From the NCBI GenBank assembly GCA_965232515.1, contig CBDDPY010000002.1, forward strand, positions 6,528,001-6,592,000: a stretch of DNA of 64,000 bases, in the 5' to 3' direction. Position numbers and translations under genes: made by a program. The notes beneath the pieces are model-generated. The model ran no database searches, was not told the origin of the DNA, and was given only the letters and a program-made list of their open reading frames with translations. This stretch comes from Alphaproteobacteria bacterium. GTDB lineage: Bacteria; Pseudomonadota; Alphaproteobacteria; GCA-2731375. This document shows, piece by piece, positions 9,092 through 17,958 of this stretch. Each line of letters begins with the position of its first letter. Position 1 is the first letter of the stretch.

Positions 9092-11026
9092 ATGCTGGCC
9101 GGCACGGCCGTGCAGGCCCGCCAGCTCTGGTCGATGTCGCGCCGCAATGTCAGCATCCTGCTGGTCCTGGCGCTCGGCATCGGCATTACCGTGACCGGCT
9201 TTCTGGCGACCCGGGACCATTATCTCGCCGAGCGAAACCGCGCTTTCGAAAAACCGGCCACGGACTATGCCGCGGCCTTGAGCAGCACCATCGTCCAACA
9301 CCTCGAGTTCATCGGTCATAGCGGCGCCTACTTCACCTCGTCGAACGAGGTCGAGCGCTGGGAGTTCCTCGGCTTCACCGAAAAGAGCTTGCCGCGCTAT
9401 CCCGGCATCCGCGCGCTCTATTGGGTGCCGCAGGTGTCGGCAGGCGACCGCGAAGCGTTCGAAACCCGCGCCCGTAGCGACGGCCTCTACGGCTTCCGCT
9501 TTCGCGAGGCCGGTGCCGATGGCGTGCTGGCGCCGGCGACGCGCCGGCGACGGCATTTTCCGATCTATTTCATCGAGCCCTTCACCGGCAACGAGCTGGA
9601 TCTGGGTTTCGACCTGGCGTCGGCGCCGTCACTGCTGGCGGTCCTTCGACAGGCCGCCGACGAGGGACGCATGACAGCCAAGTCGCAGTTCGTGCTGCCC
9701 AGCCATGCCAGCAGTTCGGGCGAGTTGATGTTGGTCCTGCCGACCTATGAGGCCGGCAAAGTGCCCGACAGCGTCGCCGCGCGCCGGGACAAACTGATTG
9801 GCTTTATGGTCGCGTTGCTGGATGTCGCCGACATGGTTGAGGCGGCGGTGCAGGAACTGTTGGCGCCGCCCTGGCTCGATCTCTATGTCCTGGACACGAC
9901 GGTCGAGGGCGCGGCGCGGCTATTGCAGTTCCGTTCGTCGGTGCTGCAGGCCGAGCCGTTCGCAGGCGTCGACGTGCAACAGGTCTTCGACGGCATGTTC
10001 GCCGCCTCGACGCTTCAGGTTGCGGACCGCCGCTGGACAATCGTCGTCAAGCCCACGACCGATCAGTCCGGTGACGGTCTGCAGGCGGTACCTTGGGCCG
10101 TCGTGGTCGTCGGTACGATGTTGACGATTGTGCTCTTGCAGCATCTCGTCGCCTCACGAAACCGGACCCGCGAGGTCGAGCGGTCGGTCGCGGTGCGAAC
10201 GGCCGAGCTCTCGGCCGCCAATGCCGCGCTCGAGCTTGAAGTGGCGGAGCGCAAGGCGGCCGAGCGTCAGGCCCAGGCCGCGCGCGACCAGGCCGAGCTG
10301 GCCAATCGGTCGAAGTCGGAGTTCCTGGCCATGGTCAGCCACGAGCTGCGAACGCCGCTGAACGCCGTGATCGGCTTCTCGGAGCTGATGGCCAGCGAAA
10401 CCTACGGTCCGCTGGGTCATCAGAAGTATCAGGAATATGCCGCCGATATCCGCCACAGCGGCACGCATCTCCTGAGCCTGATCAACGACATTCTCGATCT
10501 GTCCAAGGTCGAGGCTAACGAGATGACGTTGTCGCGGGAAGCCGTGAACCTGTCGGAGATCATTGACGGCCTGCTGCGGATCATGCGCGAAAAGGTGAAA
10601 TCGGCCGGCCTCGACATCATCGTCGAGCTGGCGTCCGATCTGCCGCTGCTCTATGTCGACGCGCGCGCCTTGAAGCAGGTGCTGCTGAACCTGATTTCCA
10701 ATGCGGTCAAGTTTACCGAGCCTGGTGGCCGCGTCGTCATCACCGCCGCGGTGCTGCCGGGCGGCGGCATGGTGATCACGGTGGCCGACACCGGCATCGG
10801 CATCGCCGAGTCGGACCTGGCGCTGGTGTTGCAACCGTTCAGCCAGGCCGACAGCTCGCTGTCGCGGAAATACGAAGGCACGGGCCTCGGTCTGCCGCTC
10901 AGCAAGCGGCTCGTCGAGCTGCACGGCGGCGCCTTGACGCTGCGCAGCCACCTTCGGAAGGGAACGGCCGTCAGCATTACCTTGCCCCGATCCTGCATCC
11001 ATCCTTCCCGAGCAGCCGTCGCCTAG
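9092..11026 (+). CDS. CHASE-domain sensor histidine kinase, PleC/DivJ (PdhS)-like
   Basis: TM-CHASE (FPIYFIEP...GFDLAS)-TM, then H-box FLAMVSHELRTPLNAVIGFSE, YGPLGHQKYQEYA, NLISNAVKFT, DTGIGI, GTGLGL. Start could be 9092 or 9134. Confidence 0.9.
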   Translation: MLAGTAVQARQLWSMSRRNVSILLVLALGIGITVTGFLATRDHYLAERNRAFEKPATDYAAALSSTIVQHLEFIGHSGAYFTSSNEVERWEFLGFTEKSLPRYPGIRALYWVPQVSAGDREAFETRARSDGLYGFRFREAGADGVLAPATRRRRHFPIYFIEPFTGNELDLGFDLASAPSLLAVLRQAADEGRMTAKSQFVLPSHASSSGELMLVLPTYEAGKVPDSVAARRDKLIGFMVALLDVADMVEAAVQELLAPPWLDLYVLDTTVEGAARLLQFRSSVLQAEPFAGVDVQQVFDGMFAASTLQVADRRWTIVVKPTTDQSGDGLQAVPWAVVVVGTMLTIVLLQHLVASRNRTREVERSVAVRTAELSAANAALELEVAERKAAERQAQAARDQAELANRSKSEFLAMVSHELRTPLNAVIGFSELMASETYGPLGHQKYQEYAADIRHSGTHLLSLINDILDLSKVEANEMTLSREAVNLSEIIDGLLRIMREKVKSAGLDIIVELASDLPLLYVDARALKQVLLNLISNAVKFTEPGGRVVITAAVLPGGGMVITVADTGIGIAESDLALVLQPFSQADSSLSRKYEGTGLGLPLSKRLVELHGGALTLRSHLRKGTAVSITLPRSCIHPSRAAVA

Positions 11027-11041
11027 ATCAGCGGATATAAG

Positions 11042-12283
11042 ATGATGCACAGCGCCCCCAATCGAAATTCGATCGAGCCCTGGCCGGCATTCGGTCGGCC
11101 GAGCATTCTGCTTGCCGCCGTCGTGCTGGCTCTGGCGGGATGCCTCACGCGGCCGCATTCGCCACCGCCGACAACGCCGGCGCCGGTCGTCGCCGCGCCC
11201 GAGTGGCCGGTAATTGTCGCGGCGCCGGACGTCGTCGTCGATGACCCGTCCCGGGAAACCGTGCTGATGGTGCAGACGCGGTTGCGCGAACGCGGCTACG
11301 ATCCGGGCCCGCTTGACGGGCTGCTCGGCCCCCGCACGCGCGTGGCGCTTGATGCGTTCACAAGAGATGCCGGATTGCCATCGACGTCCGGCGCTATCAC
11401 CGAACGGCTGCTGGCCGAGATCGATATCGCCGCGCCCTCGACGTCCGGCGTCGAACCGTCGGACGAAGCGCCGACATCCCTGCCCGGCGATATCGAGCCG
11501 GCTTATTCAAGGGGCGACGCCTATGTCTACTCCGATGGGCGTGTGGAGACCGTCGACGCCGTTGACGGCGACGTGGTGATCTGGCGGACGCGCGAGGACA
11601 TGCGATACCGCGCCAGCCGCAATTTCGTGCTGCCACAGACGGGCTGGCGTTCCGGCGGTCGGGTCGGTCAACGGCGACTCACCGCGTCGGCCGGTACGCT
11701 TTGGCCGCTGTCTGTGGGTCGCCGGGTGCAGTTCTCGGCGGCGGCGGTATTGATGCGCGACAGCGACCGACAGGACCAAACCAAGTGGCGCGAGACCTGG
11801 GACTGCGAGGTGGCGGCTGTCGAAACGGTGGCCGTCCCGGCCGGCCGCTTCGACACCTTCAAGCTGGTGTGCTTTCGCCAGACAGATCCGGCGGGCATTG
11901 CCTGGCGCCGCGTCTGGTACTACGCGCCGGCGGTTCGGCATTACGTCCGGCGCATCGACAGTTACGCCGACGACACGCCGCCCCGCGTGGTCGATCTGGT
12001 GGCCGTCCGCCTGGGCGGCGCCGGTTGGCCGCCGGCCGCGCGTACCGGCCTGGAATGGGCGCTGGCCGATGGCCTTGACAACCGCGTGGATGGTGAGGAA
12101 TTCACCTGGCAAAGTTCCGCGGTCGACGGCGATGTGCGCATCGAGATCGGCACCACCTCGCGAAACGCCGACGGCGCGGCCTGCCGCAGCTATGTCCAGG
12201 TTCTTACGACAGCGGCCGGCGAACGCCGTTATCCGGCACTGGCCTGTCGCGATTCCGGCGGCGCCTGGAACGTCCCGGGCTAG
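11042..12283 (+). CDS. lipoprotein with peptidoglycan-binding domain and C-terminal 17-kDa-antigen (RT0821/Lpp0805)-like domain
   Basis: Lipobox LAGC, PG_binding_1-like VQTRLRERGYDPGPLDGLLGPRTRVAL, central VAVPAGRFDTFKL...WYYAPAV, C-terminal CRSY...ACRDSGGAW. Confidence 0.75.
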   Translation: MMHSAPNRNSIEPWPAFGRPSILLAAVVLALAGCLTRPHSPPPTTPAPVVAAPEWPVIVAAPDVVVDDPSRETVLMVQTRLRERGYDPGPLDGLLGPRTRVALDAFTRDAGLPSTSGAITERLLAEIDIAAPSTSGVEPSDEAPTSLPGDIEPAYSRGDAYVYSDGRVETVDAVDGDVVIWRTREDMRYRASRNFVLPQTGWRSGGRVGQRRLTASAGTLWPLSVGRRVQFSAAAVLMRDSDRQDQTKWRETWDCEVAAVETVAVPAGRFDTFKLVCFRQTDPAGIAWRRVWYYAPAVRHYVRRIDSYADDTPPRVVDLVAVRLGGAGWPPAARTGLEWALADGLDNRVDGEEFTWQSSAVDGDVRIEIGTTSRNADGAACRSYVQVLTTAAGERRYPALACRDSGGAWNVPG

Positions 12284-12507
12284 TGCTCACGCCGCAATTG
12301 TGGATGCGGCGAATGGGCCAGCTGCCGCAGTTCGGTTTCGAGGTCGGCCAGATCCTGGTCAAGTCTCGCCAGCGCCTGGGTGTGCACGAGCATGTGGGCG
12401 CGCATGCGCCGCACCCGGCCGCGGAGGTCGTCCAGATTTCGCTGCAAGCCTGGGCTGTCAGGACGTTTGTCGTCGGCCCGGATCGGGCCCGGATCGATAT
12501 TGTGCAT
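12280..12507 (-). CDS. small hypothetical coiled-coil protein
   Basis: 75-aa ORF with an AAGGAAGG-type RBS and heptad pattern LARLDQDLADLETELRQL. Confidence 0.5.
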   Translation of the reverse strand: MHNIDPGPIRADDKRPDSPGLQRNLDDLRGRVRRMRAHMLVHTQALARLDQDLADLETELRQLAHSPHPQLRREH

Positions 12508-12779
12508 TTCAAACGCTTCCTTCCTTGGCTTACGTTGCAACCAGAGATAGGAGCGTTGCCGTCGCGTTAAATCCGTAATTGCCCTTGGGTGAAACTACCC
12601 AGGCCTGAGACCGAAATATCCCGCAAAAAGAACCGAAATATTACAGAGGAAACCTCAGGCACGCGATTAAAGAAGGTATGCCTTATCTCCACGTTGACAT
12701 GGGCCATCCGCCAATTCGCCGAAATCGGGTGGCGGCCAGCATTTACGACTTATACACAATACTGGTGTTCGATGCTTTG

Positions 12780-13304
12780 ATGCCGAAACGCCGCAAATCC
12801 GCCGCCCGGCGAGCGGCAGCGAAATCGACCCTGGCCGGCCTCCAGAAGGCCGCCCGCAAGGGCGATAGCAATGCGATCTTCAAGCTGGCCGTGCACTTGC
12901 TCGACGGCGGCGACGGCGATGCCGACGCGGTGGCGGCCGCCACCTGGCTGCAGGTCGCGGCCCGGGCCGGCCATGCCGAGGCCCAGCTGAGGCTTGGGAC
13001 GCTCTATGCCACTGGGCAAGGGGTGGAGCTCGAGTTGGCGGAAGCCGCCAAGTGGATGTGCCTGGCGGCCGAGCAGGGCGTCGCGAGAGCGCAATATTGG
13101 ATGGCGAAGGCCTGCTTTCTCGGTACCGGCGTTCCCCGCGATCCAACCGCCGCCTATCGCTGGGCCACCGCCGCCGTCGCTCAGGGCTTCGGCGATCCCG
13201 GCGAGATACGAGCTGCCGCCAGGCCGTACATCAGCGACGCGGAGCTTGCCCGGATCGAGCGCGATGCGGTGCCGCCATCGGCCGCGAAGTCGGTCACCGG
13301 TTAA
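12780..13304 (+). CDS. Sel1/TPR repeat protein
   Basis: Three Sel1-like repeats, e.g. GHAEAQLRLGTLYATGQGV...AAKW...AAEQG. Confidence 0.85.
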   Translation: MPKRRKSAARRAAAKSTLAGLQKAARKGDSNAIFKLAVHLLDGGDGDADAVAAATWLQVAARAGHAEAQLRLGTLYATGQGVELELAEAAKWMCLAAEQGVARAQYWMAKACFLGTGVPRDPTAAYRWATAAVAQGFGDPGEIRAAARPYISDAELARIERDAVPPSAAKSVTG

Positions 13305-13491
13305 CAACCTTCACCAACGCCTCACGGCAATCTCATTTCCAGTTGATTGGACCTCGGGCGCGCCGGGGCCTAGGTGATTGGCGTGGGGCCGCCGTCAAAG
13401 GCGGTGTTGCGAAGCATCGGCGATCGTGACCGGCCGAGGAACATGCGGGTCGGCTCGCATCGTCTAATCGAATCGAATGGAGGTTCAACAG

Positions 13492-13740
13492 ATGATCAAG
13501 CAGATCCTGACCAGCGCCGCAATCGCGACCATGGCGGCCACGGCGGTCGTTCCGGCGGCAGTCGCCGCTTGTGCGCCGAGGGCGGTGAACAATCCTTGCG
13601 CGGCCAAGGCCTGTAATCCGTGCGCGGCCAAGGCCTGCAATCCGTGTGCGGCCAAAGCTTGCAATCCGTGCGCGGCGAAGAACCCTTGCGCGGCGTCCAA
13701 TCCTTGCGCGGCCAAGAACCCCTGCAAGCCGAAAGGCTGA
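13492..13740 (+). CDS. small exported Cys-rich peptide with NPCAAK(AC) repeats
   Basis: Strong GGAGGT RBS, signal-like N-terminus, 7 NPC units, 11 Cys in 82 aa, followed by a hairpin. Confidence 0.85.
   Translation: MIKQILTSAAIATMAATAVVPAAVAACAPRAVNNPCAAKACNPCAAKACNPCAAKACNPCAAKNPCAASNPCAAKNPCKPKG
13591..13725 (+). repeat. coding tandem repeat: 3 x 24 bp (NPCAAKAC), 3 x 18 bp (NPCAA[K/S]), then NPC
   Basis: aatccttgcgcggccaaggcctgt / aatccgtgcgcggccaaggcctgc / aatccgtgtgcggccaaagcttgc; differences are at synonymous positions. Confidence 0.9.
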
Positions 13741-13766
13741 GTCCACCTCACGCGATATAGATCGTT

Positions 13767-13796
13767 CGGCCCGTGCCGGTTCGCCGGCGCGGGCCG
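13767..13796. terminator. GC-rich hairpin between convergent genes (possible bidirectional terminator)
   Basis: cggcccgtgccgg-ttcg-ccggcgcgggccg, 13-bp stem with TTCG loop; weak U-tracts. Confidence 0.6.
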
Positions 13797-13810
13797 CATT
13801 CATGTCGGAA

Positions 13811-16654
13811 CTAGCCTTCGGAAAGCTGTTCCAGCAGAGCCTTCGCCTCGTCGGCGATGTCGCCGCCACGTCCGCTGTTCAACAAGGCCTGCAGTTTTTC
13901 CCTGGCCTCCGCCGTCCGGCCGAGTTTGCTAAGCGCCACGGCCAGATGGTAGTTGATGTTGGGATCGCCGGCGGCCCGTGCCTGCGCGTCGCGCAACAGC
14001 GTCAGCCCGCGGCTGACCTCGCCGCGCTGCACGAGGATCCAGCCGAGGGTATCGATCGCGTTGGCCTGGTTCGGGGCCAGCGCATAGGCCCGTTCCGCAT
14101 ATTCGAGGGCATCCGGATTGCCGGTCTTCTGGTAGAGCCAGGCGAGGTTGTTCAACACCACCGGATCGTTCGGTTGCAGTGCCAGCAGCTCTTCATTCAA
14201 GCTTACGGCTTCGTCGAGACGGTCGAGGCGGGCGTACTCGCCTGCCAAAGTGCGTTTGACGACCATGTCGTCGGGATGGCGATCCAGCCAATCCTGCAGC
14301 AGCTCCAGGGGCGGCGCGTTTCCGTCGGCGTCCCGCCGGGCGAGGTAAAGCCGCAATACCAGCACGCCGTCTTCCTGCTTCTTCAGGCCGCGTTCGTAGG
14401 CCACGGCGGCCTCCGCCGGGCGTTTCGCCCGCATCAGCACATCGCCCGCCAGCAGGTCGCCGGTCGCCAGTTCCGGATGCATCGTGCGGATGTCGTTGGC
14501 CCGCGCCAAAGCCTTGTCGATCTCACCCATACCGGCCTCCAGGCGGGTGATGCTGGCCTGTGCCGGCAGATATGTCGGATCGACAAAGACGGCGCGGCTG
14601 AGACTGTCGTAGGCGCCTTTGTTATCGCCCGCCTGCTGCTGCATCTGGGCAATGCGGTTCAGGTCCCGCGGCGACTCCCGCGCCACGTCCATCATGCGGC
14701 GGAGCTTGAGGATCGCCATGTCGATTTCATTGCTGGCAAGCGCCGCTCGGCTGACGGCCTCCAGCACCGCAAGGTTTTCCGTATTGTTGGCTTCCAGGCT
14801 GCGTGCCAGATGCAGCGCTTCCCGATAGTTCTTGGCGCGAATGTGCAGATCGACCAGTTGGATCTGCACCCGGAGCCCGCCCTGCGGCGTCGGACGAACC
14901 CGCTGCAGCCACTGGATGGCATCGGCCAGATCGCCACGGCGCTCGGCGATGTTGGCCAGCGCCAGCAAAGGGCCGTTTTCACCCAGTTGCCGATCGACCA
15001 GCGACAACAGGCGGGTCTCGGCGTCATTGAGATTGCCGCCGCGTATGTCCAGTTTCGCCAGATTGATATGCGCCGGCACGTAGTCCGGGTCGAGATCGGT
15101 CGCGGCCTCGAATCTTCGGCGAGCGGCATCCTCTTCGCCTTGGCCCCAGAGCGCGGCGCCGGCCAGGTTGAGACCGAACGGGTTGTCTGGATGGCGGTTC
15201 TGCAGGTCTTCGGCGATCGCCAGGGTTTGATCGTATTCGCGCCGTCTCAGCTGCATCAATCCGAGCATCATGGCGTGCTGCATGGAATCCGGCTCGCGGG
15301 CCAGCGCGGCCTCCAGACCGGCGATCGCCTGGTCCGGCTTTCCGGCCGCGATCTCGTTCAGGGCCAGCCGCGTGCGGAGCTGGTCCAGGTCCGGCGCCAG
15401 CTCGATCGCCCGCTCGAAGGCGGCGCTGGCTTCGGCATGTTCGCCGTTGCGCATCAAGGCGGTGCCGAACTGAGCCAGCAGGCGGGCGTCCTGGGTCTTC
15501 GGCCCGCTGATGGGCCGCAATACGCCGACGGCCCGATCGTTGTCGCCGCGCCTCATATAGAGCGAGGCCAGCATCCGGCGCGCCCCGACATGTTGCGGTT
15601 CCAGGTTCAAATACTGCTCGAGGTAAAACAGCGCGTCGCTCACCTCCTGCTGCGCGAAGTTGATCACGCCGGCCAGCAGCAACGTCGGCAGATGGCGGCG
15701 GATGAAGGCGGTGTCGTAATTTCGGATGATGTTGTCCGCCCGGCGCAGCGCTGCCTCGGCGCCGCGCGTGTCACCGGCGGCGCCCAGAATCAGTGAGTTG
15801 AAATAGATCGCCTGCGGATCGTCGGGCAGCAGCTCCAAGACGAAATCGATGTCCGCCTGGGCCTCGGCGTGACGGTTCAGGTCGATCAGCGCCGCCGCCC
15901 GGTTCCGGCGGGCGTCCAGATGATATGGTTGAATTGTCACGGCCTTGCCGTAGCTGGCGACGGCGCCGGCCAGGTCGCCCAAGCCGCGTTTGAGGTCGCC
16001 ATCCAGGCTCCAGCCGTCGGCATTGTCCGGTTCGAGCGCCAGGGCTTCGTCGATCTGCGCGCGGGCGCCGGCGAGGTCGCCACGGAAGATGGCAACCTCG
16101 GCCAATCCAAGCAGCGGGCTGGAGCTGCCGGATTGCAGACCGGCGGCGGCCATGTAGGCCATCTTTGCGGCATCCAGGTCGCGGATCGCGATATAGGCGG
16201 CGCCGCGCATGCTGTGAACCTGCTCCTCGATTTCAGGGCTACGCAGCCCCGACCTCACGATCTCCAGGACCTCTTCGTACTTGTGTTGCAGAATCAGCGC
16301 CTGCCCGAGGGGCACGACGATAATCGCTTCGTCACCACCGCCGCGCAGCGCCGCGATCAGCTCTTTTTCCGCCGTGGGGCCATCGCCGACTTCAAGATAG
16401 GCCCGGCCGATCAGGATCCGGGCGGCGAGGTTGCCGGGCTGATTCTTGAGGATGTTCTTGAGCTGGATGATGGCGCCGGGATAGTCGCCGTTGGCGAAGC
16501 GGACGGCGGCATCCTCGTAAAGGCTCGAGGCCGCCGCTTCGTCGCCGGCGTCCGATGTGTTGGCGACGGTGGCTGCGGGCATCGCGACACCGCCGGCGAG
16601 CAGGCCGGCGACGATCGCGGTGCGCAGCCATGCCGAAATCGAGAATCTAACCAT
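13811..16654 (-). CDS. prsT: PEP-CTERM system TPR-repeat protein PrsT (paralogue 1)
   Basis: About 950 aa of TPRs. N-terminal AIIQLKNILK...ARILIGRAYL...AEKEL and C-terminal LNNLAWLY...A...AERAY...DTLGWIL. Lies directly downstream of the PEP-CTERM gene. Confidence 0.88.
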   Translation of the reverse strand: MVRFSISAWLRTAIVAGLLAGGVAMPAATVANTSDAGDEAAASSLYEDAAVRFANGDYPGAIIQLKNILKNQPGNLAARILIGRAYLEVGDGPTAEKELIAALRGGGDEAIIVVPLGQALILQHKYEEVLEIVRSGLRSPEIEEQVHSMRGAAYIAIRDLDAAKMAYMAAAGLQSGSSSPLLGLAEVAIFRGDLAGARAQIDEALALEPDNADGWSLDGDLKRGLGDLAGAVASYGKAVTIQPYHLDARRNRAAALIDLNRHAEAQADIDFVLELLPDDPQAIYFNSLILGAAGDTRGAEAALRRADNIIRNYDTAFIRRHLPTLLLAGVINFAQQEVSDALFYLEQYLNLEPQHVGARRMLASLYMRRGDNDRAVGVLRPISGPKTQDARLLAQFGTALMRNGEHAEASAAFERAIELAPDLDQLRTRLALNEIAAGKPDQAIAGLEAALAREPDSMQHAMMLGLMQLRRREYDQTLAIAEDLQNRHPDNPFGLNLAGAALWGQGEEDAARRRFEAATDLDPDYVPAHINLAKLDIRGGNLNDAETRLLSLVDRQLGENGPLLALANIAERRGDLADAIQWLQRVRPTPQGGLRVQIQLVDLHIRAKNYREALHLARSLEANNTENLAVLEAVSRAALASNEIDMAILKLRRMMDVARESPRDLNRIAQMQQQAGDNKGAYDSLSRAVFVDPTYLPAQASITRLEAGMGEIDKALARANDIRTMHPELATGDLLAGDVLMRAKRPAEAAVAYERGLKKQEDGVLVLRLYLARRDADGNAPPLELLQDWLDRHPDDMVVKRTLAGEYARLDRLDEAVSLNEELLALQPNDPVVLNNLAWLYQKTGNPDALEYAERAYALAPNQANAIDTLGWILVQRGEVSRGLTLLRDAQARAAGDPNINYHLAVALSKLGRTAEAREKLQALLNSGRGGDIADEAKALLEQLSEG

Positions 16655-16818
16655 GCGGGATTCCTTGATTCTGGACCCGGTCATCGAATTTCACGCGAAG
16701 ATTTTCGCGTCAATATAGGCTCAATTTCTTTCGAAAATCGTGCCAACTCGATTGGCTGGCGACCGTCGTCGCGTCGGTTGGCGGCTGGATCGCCGTCGGA
16801 AATCGGCGTCCAAACGGA

Positions 16819-16846
16819 AACCGGCGCCGCGAGGGCGGCGCCGGTT
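16819..16846 (-). terminator. intrinsic terminator after the PEP-CTERM gene
   Basis: aaccggcgccgc-gagg-gcggcgccggtt inverted repeat; followed on the minus strand by tttccgttt. Confidence 0.7.
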
Positions 16847-16880
16847 CGTGCGTAACGATGCGGAAAGGACTGCCGATCGG

Positions 16881-17657
16881 TCAGGCCTTCTGGCGCCGGC
16901 GCCGGTAAAGCGCCAGCCCGGCGAGACCGGTCAGCAGGATCGCCAGGGACTGCGGCTCGGTCACCCGCGTGGTCTTTTCGTACCCCATCAGGTTGTCCAC
17001 CGCGCCAGAGCCCTTGAACTTGACCTTCAGCTTGGCGACGTTCTTGCCAAGGTCGCCGAAGGTGAAGACACCGTGCTTGTGGTTGCCCGTCGGCGCCAGC
17101 TGCTGGGTCACCATCGGCGAGCCGTCGGCGTAGTAGATCTTCAGATAGGCGCGCTGGCTGTAATAGTTCTCGATGTCGAAGTAGTCGATCGACTTCAGGT
17201 GAGCCGGCGTGTCTTCGAAATCGAATGTCAGCCAGCTGCCGACGTCGTCATCCGGAATGATCGGGTCGTTGATACAGGTCGCGCTGCCGCCCGGACCGCA
17301 GGACGTGGTTCCGGATGTCGCTTGTTCCTGCACGATCAGGATATTGCCGAAATTCGTCGGGTTGTTCAGGAACGGGTGCGCGAGGTCGCTGTCGCCGTCG
17401 TTTGAGCCGCCGGGCGCGCCGGTGGTCGCGTTGTTGGTGTCAAAGGCCACGGCCAGGTTCGAGCCGTCGATACCGCCGATCGCGCTGATCACAACGCTGG
17501 TCGAACTGGCGCCCGGGATGCCCGACGCATACTGGTTGTTGACGATTTCGCCGCGCTGCAGCTCATTGAAATCGAGTGTCCAGTTGGCCGCCTGGGCCGA
17601 CGACGCCGCACCGGCGATCAAGCCCGCTGCCGCTACAAAACCAATCCACGTCCGCAT
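16881..17657 (-). CDS. PEP-CTERM-type sorting domain protein (VTEP variant)
   Basis: Signal peptide ending AQA, Gly/Asn/Asp-rich body, C-terminal VTEPQSLAILLTGLAGLALYRRRRQKA (motif, TM helix, basic cluster). Confidence 0.9.
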   Translation of the reverse strand: MRTWIGFVAAAGLIAGAASSAQAANWTLDFNELQRGEIVNNQYASGIPGASSTSVVISAIGGIDGSNLAVAFDTNNATTGAPGGSNDGDSDLAHPFLNNPTNFGNILIVQEQATSGTTSCGPGGSATCINDPIIPDDDVGSWLTFDFEDTPAHLKSIDYFDIENYYSQRAYLKIYYADGSPMVTQQLAPTGNHKHGVFTFGDLGKNVAKLKVKFKGSGAVDNLMGYEKTTRVTEPQSLAILLTGLAGLALYRRRRQKA

Positions 17658-17727
17658 CGGAAACCCCTCTTGGGAACTACATTACGCACAGGCGGACACA
17701 GAACGGTCACGCCACTGGCGATATTAA

Positions 17728-17743
17728 AGCAAATTCCGGGCCA
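17728..17743 (-). promoter_or_regulatory. sigma54 (-24/-12) promoter of the PEP-CTERM gene
   Basis: Minus strand TGGCCCGGAATTTGCT = GG-N10-GC with TTGCT, about 70 bp upstream of the ATG. Confidence 0.85.
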
Positions 17744-17761
17744 GGCAAGAAATTCTATTCA

Positions 17762-17774
17762 ATTCAATGGTTTA
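17762..17774. promoter_or_regulatory. IHF-like binding site
   Basis: attcaa-tggt-tta resembles WATCAANNNNTTR and lies between the sigma54 promoter and the enhancer-like sites. Confidence 0.55.
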
Positions 17775-17806
17775 GAAAATCCCGCATCGGGGAGCGGTTT
17801 GAAACT

Positions 17807-17958
17807 TGTAAAGTTTTCCGACACCAGATGTGACAGGTGCGTGTCCAAACGACGAAGGTAAGCTTAGCGGGTGGACACTAAGTTATTGTTCCTCAGATAA
17901 GTTTACATTCGTTAACCATATTTTTCGGTCCCGGATTCCGGTGTAAGAGAATCCGTCA
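17807..17958. promoter_or_regulatory. cluster of candidate PrsR enhancer sites (TGT-N11-ACA type)
   Basis: tgtaaagttttccgaca (17807-17823), half-degenerate cctcagataagtttaca (17891-17907) and tgtaagagaatccgtca (17942-17958). They resemble the TTTACA-containing motif described upstream of PEP-CTERM genes. Confidence 0.65.

Noticed and set aside
13591-13725. Short tandem repeats as a possible CRISPR array
   Set aside because: No spacers, in-frame with synonymous variation, and no cas genes.
13646-15796. 716-aa plus-strand ORF, and similar long antisense ORFs (44993-46720, 50519-52231, 55104-56468)
   Set aside because: They are antisense to well-supported genes, as expected in high-GC DNA, and show no motifs.
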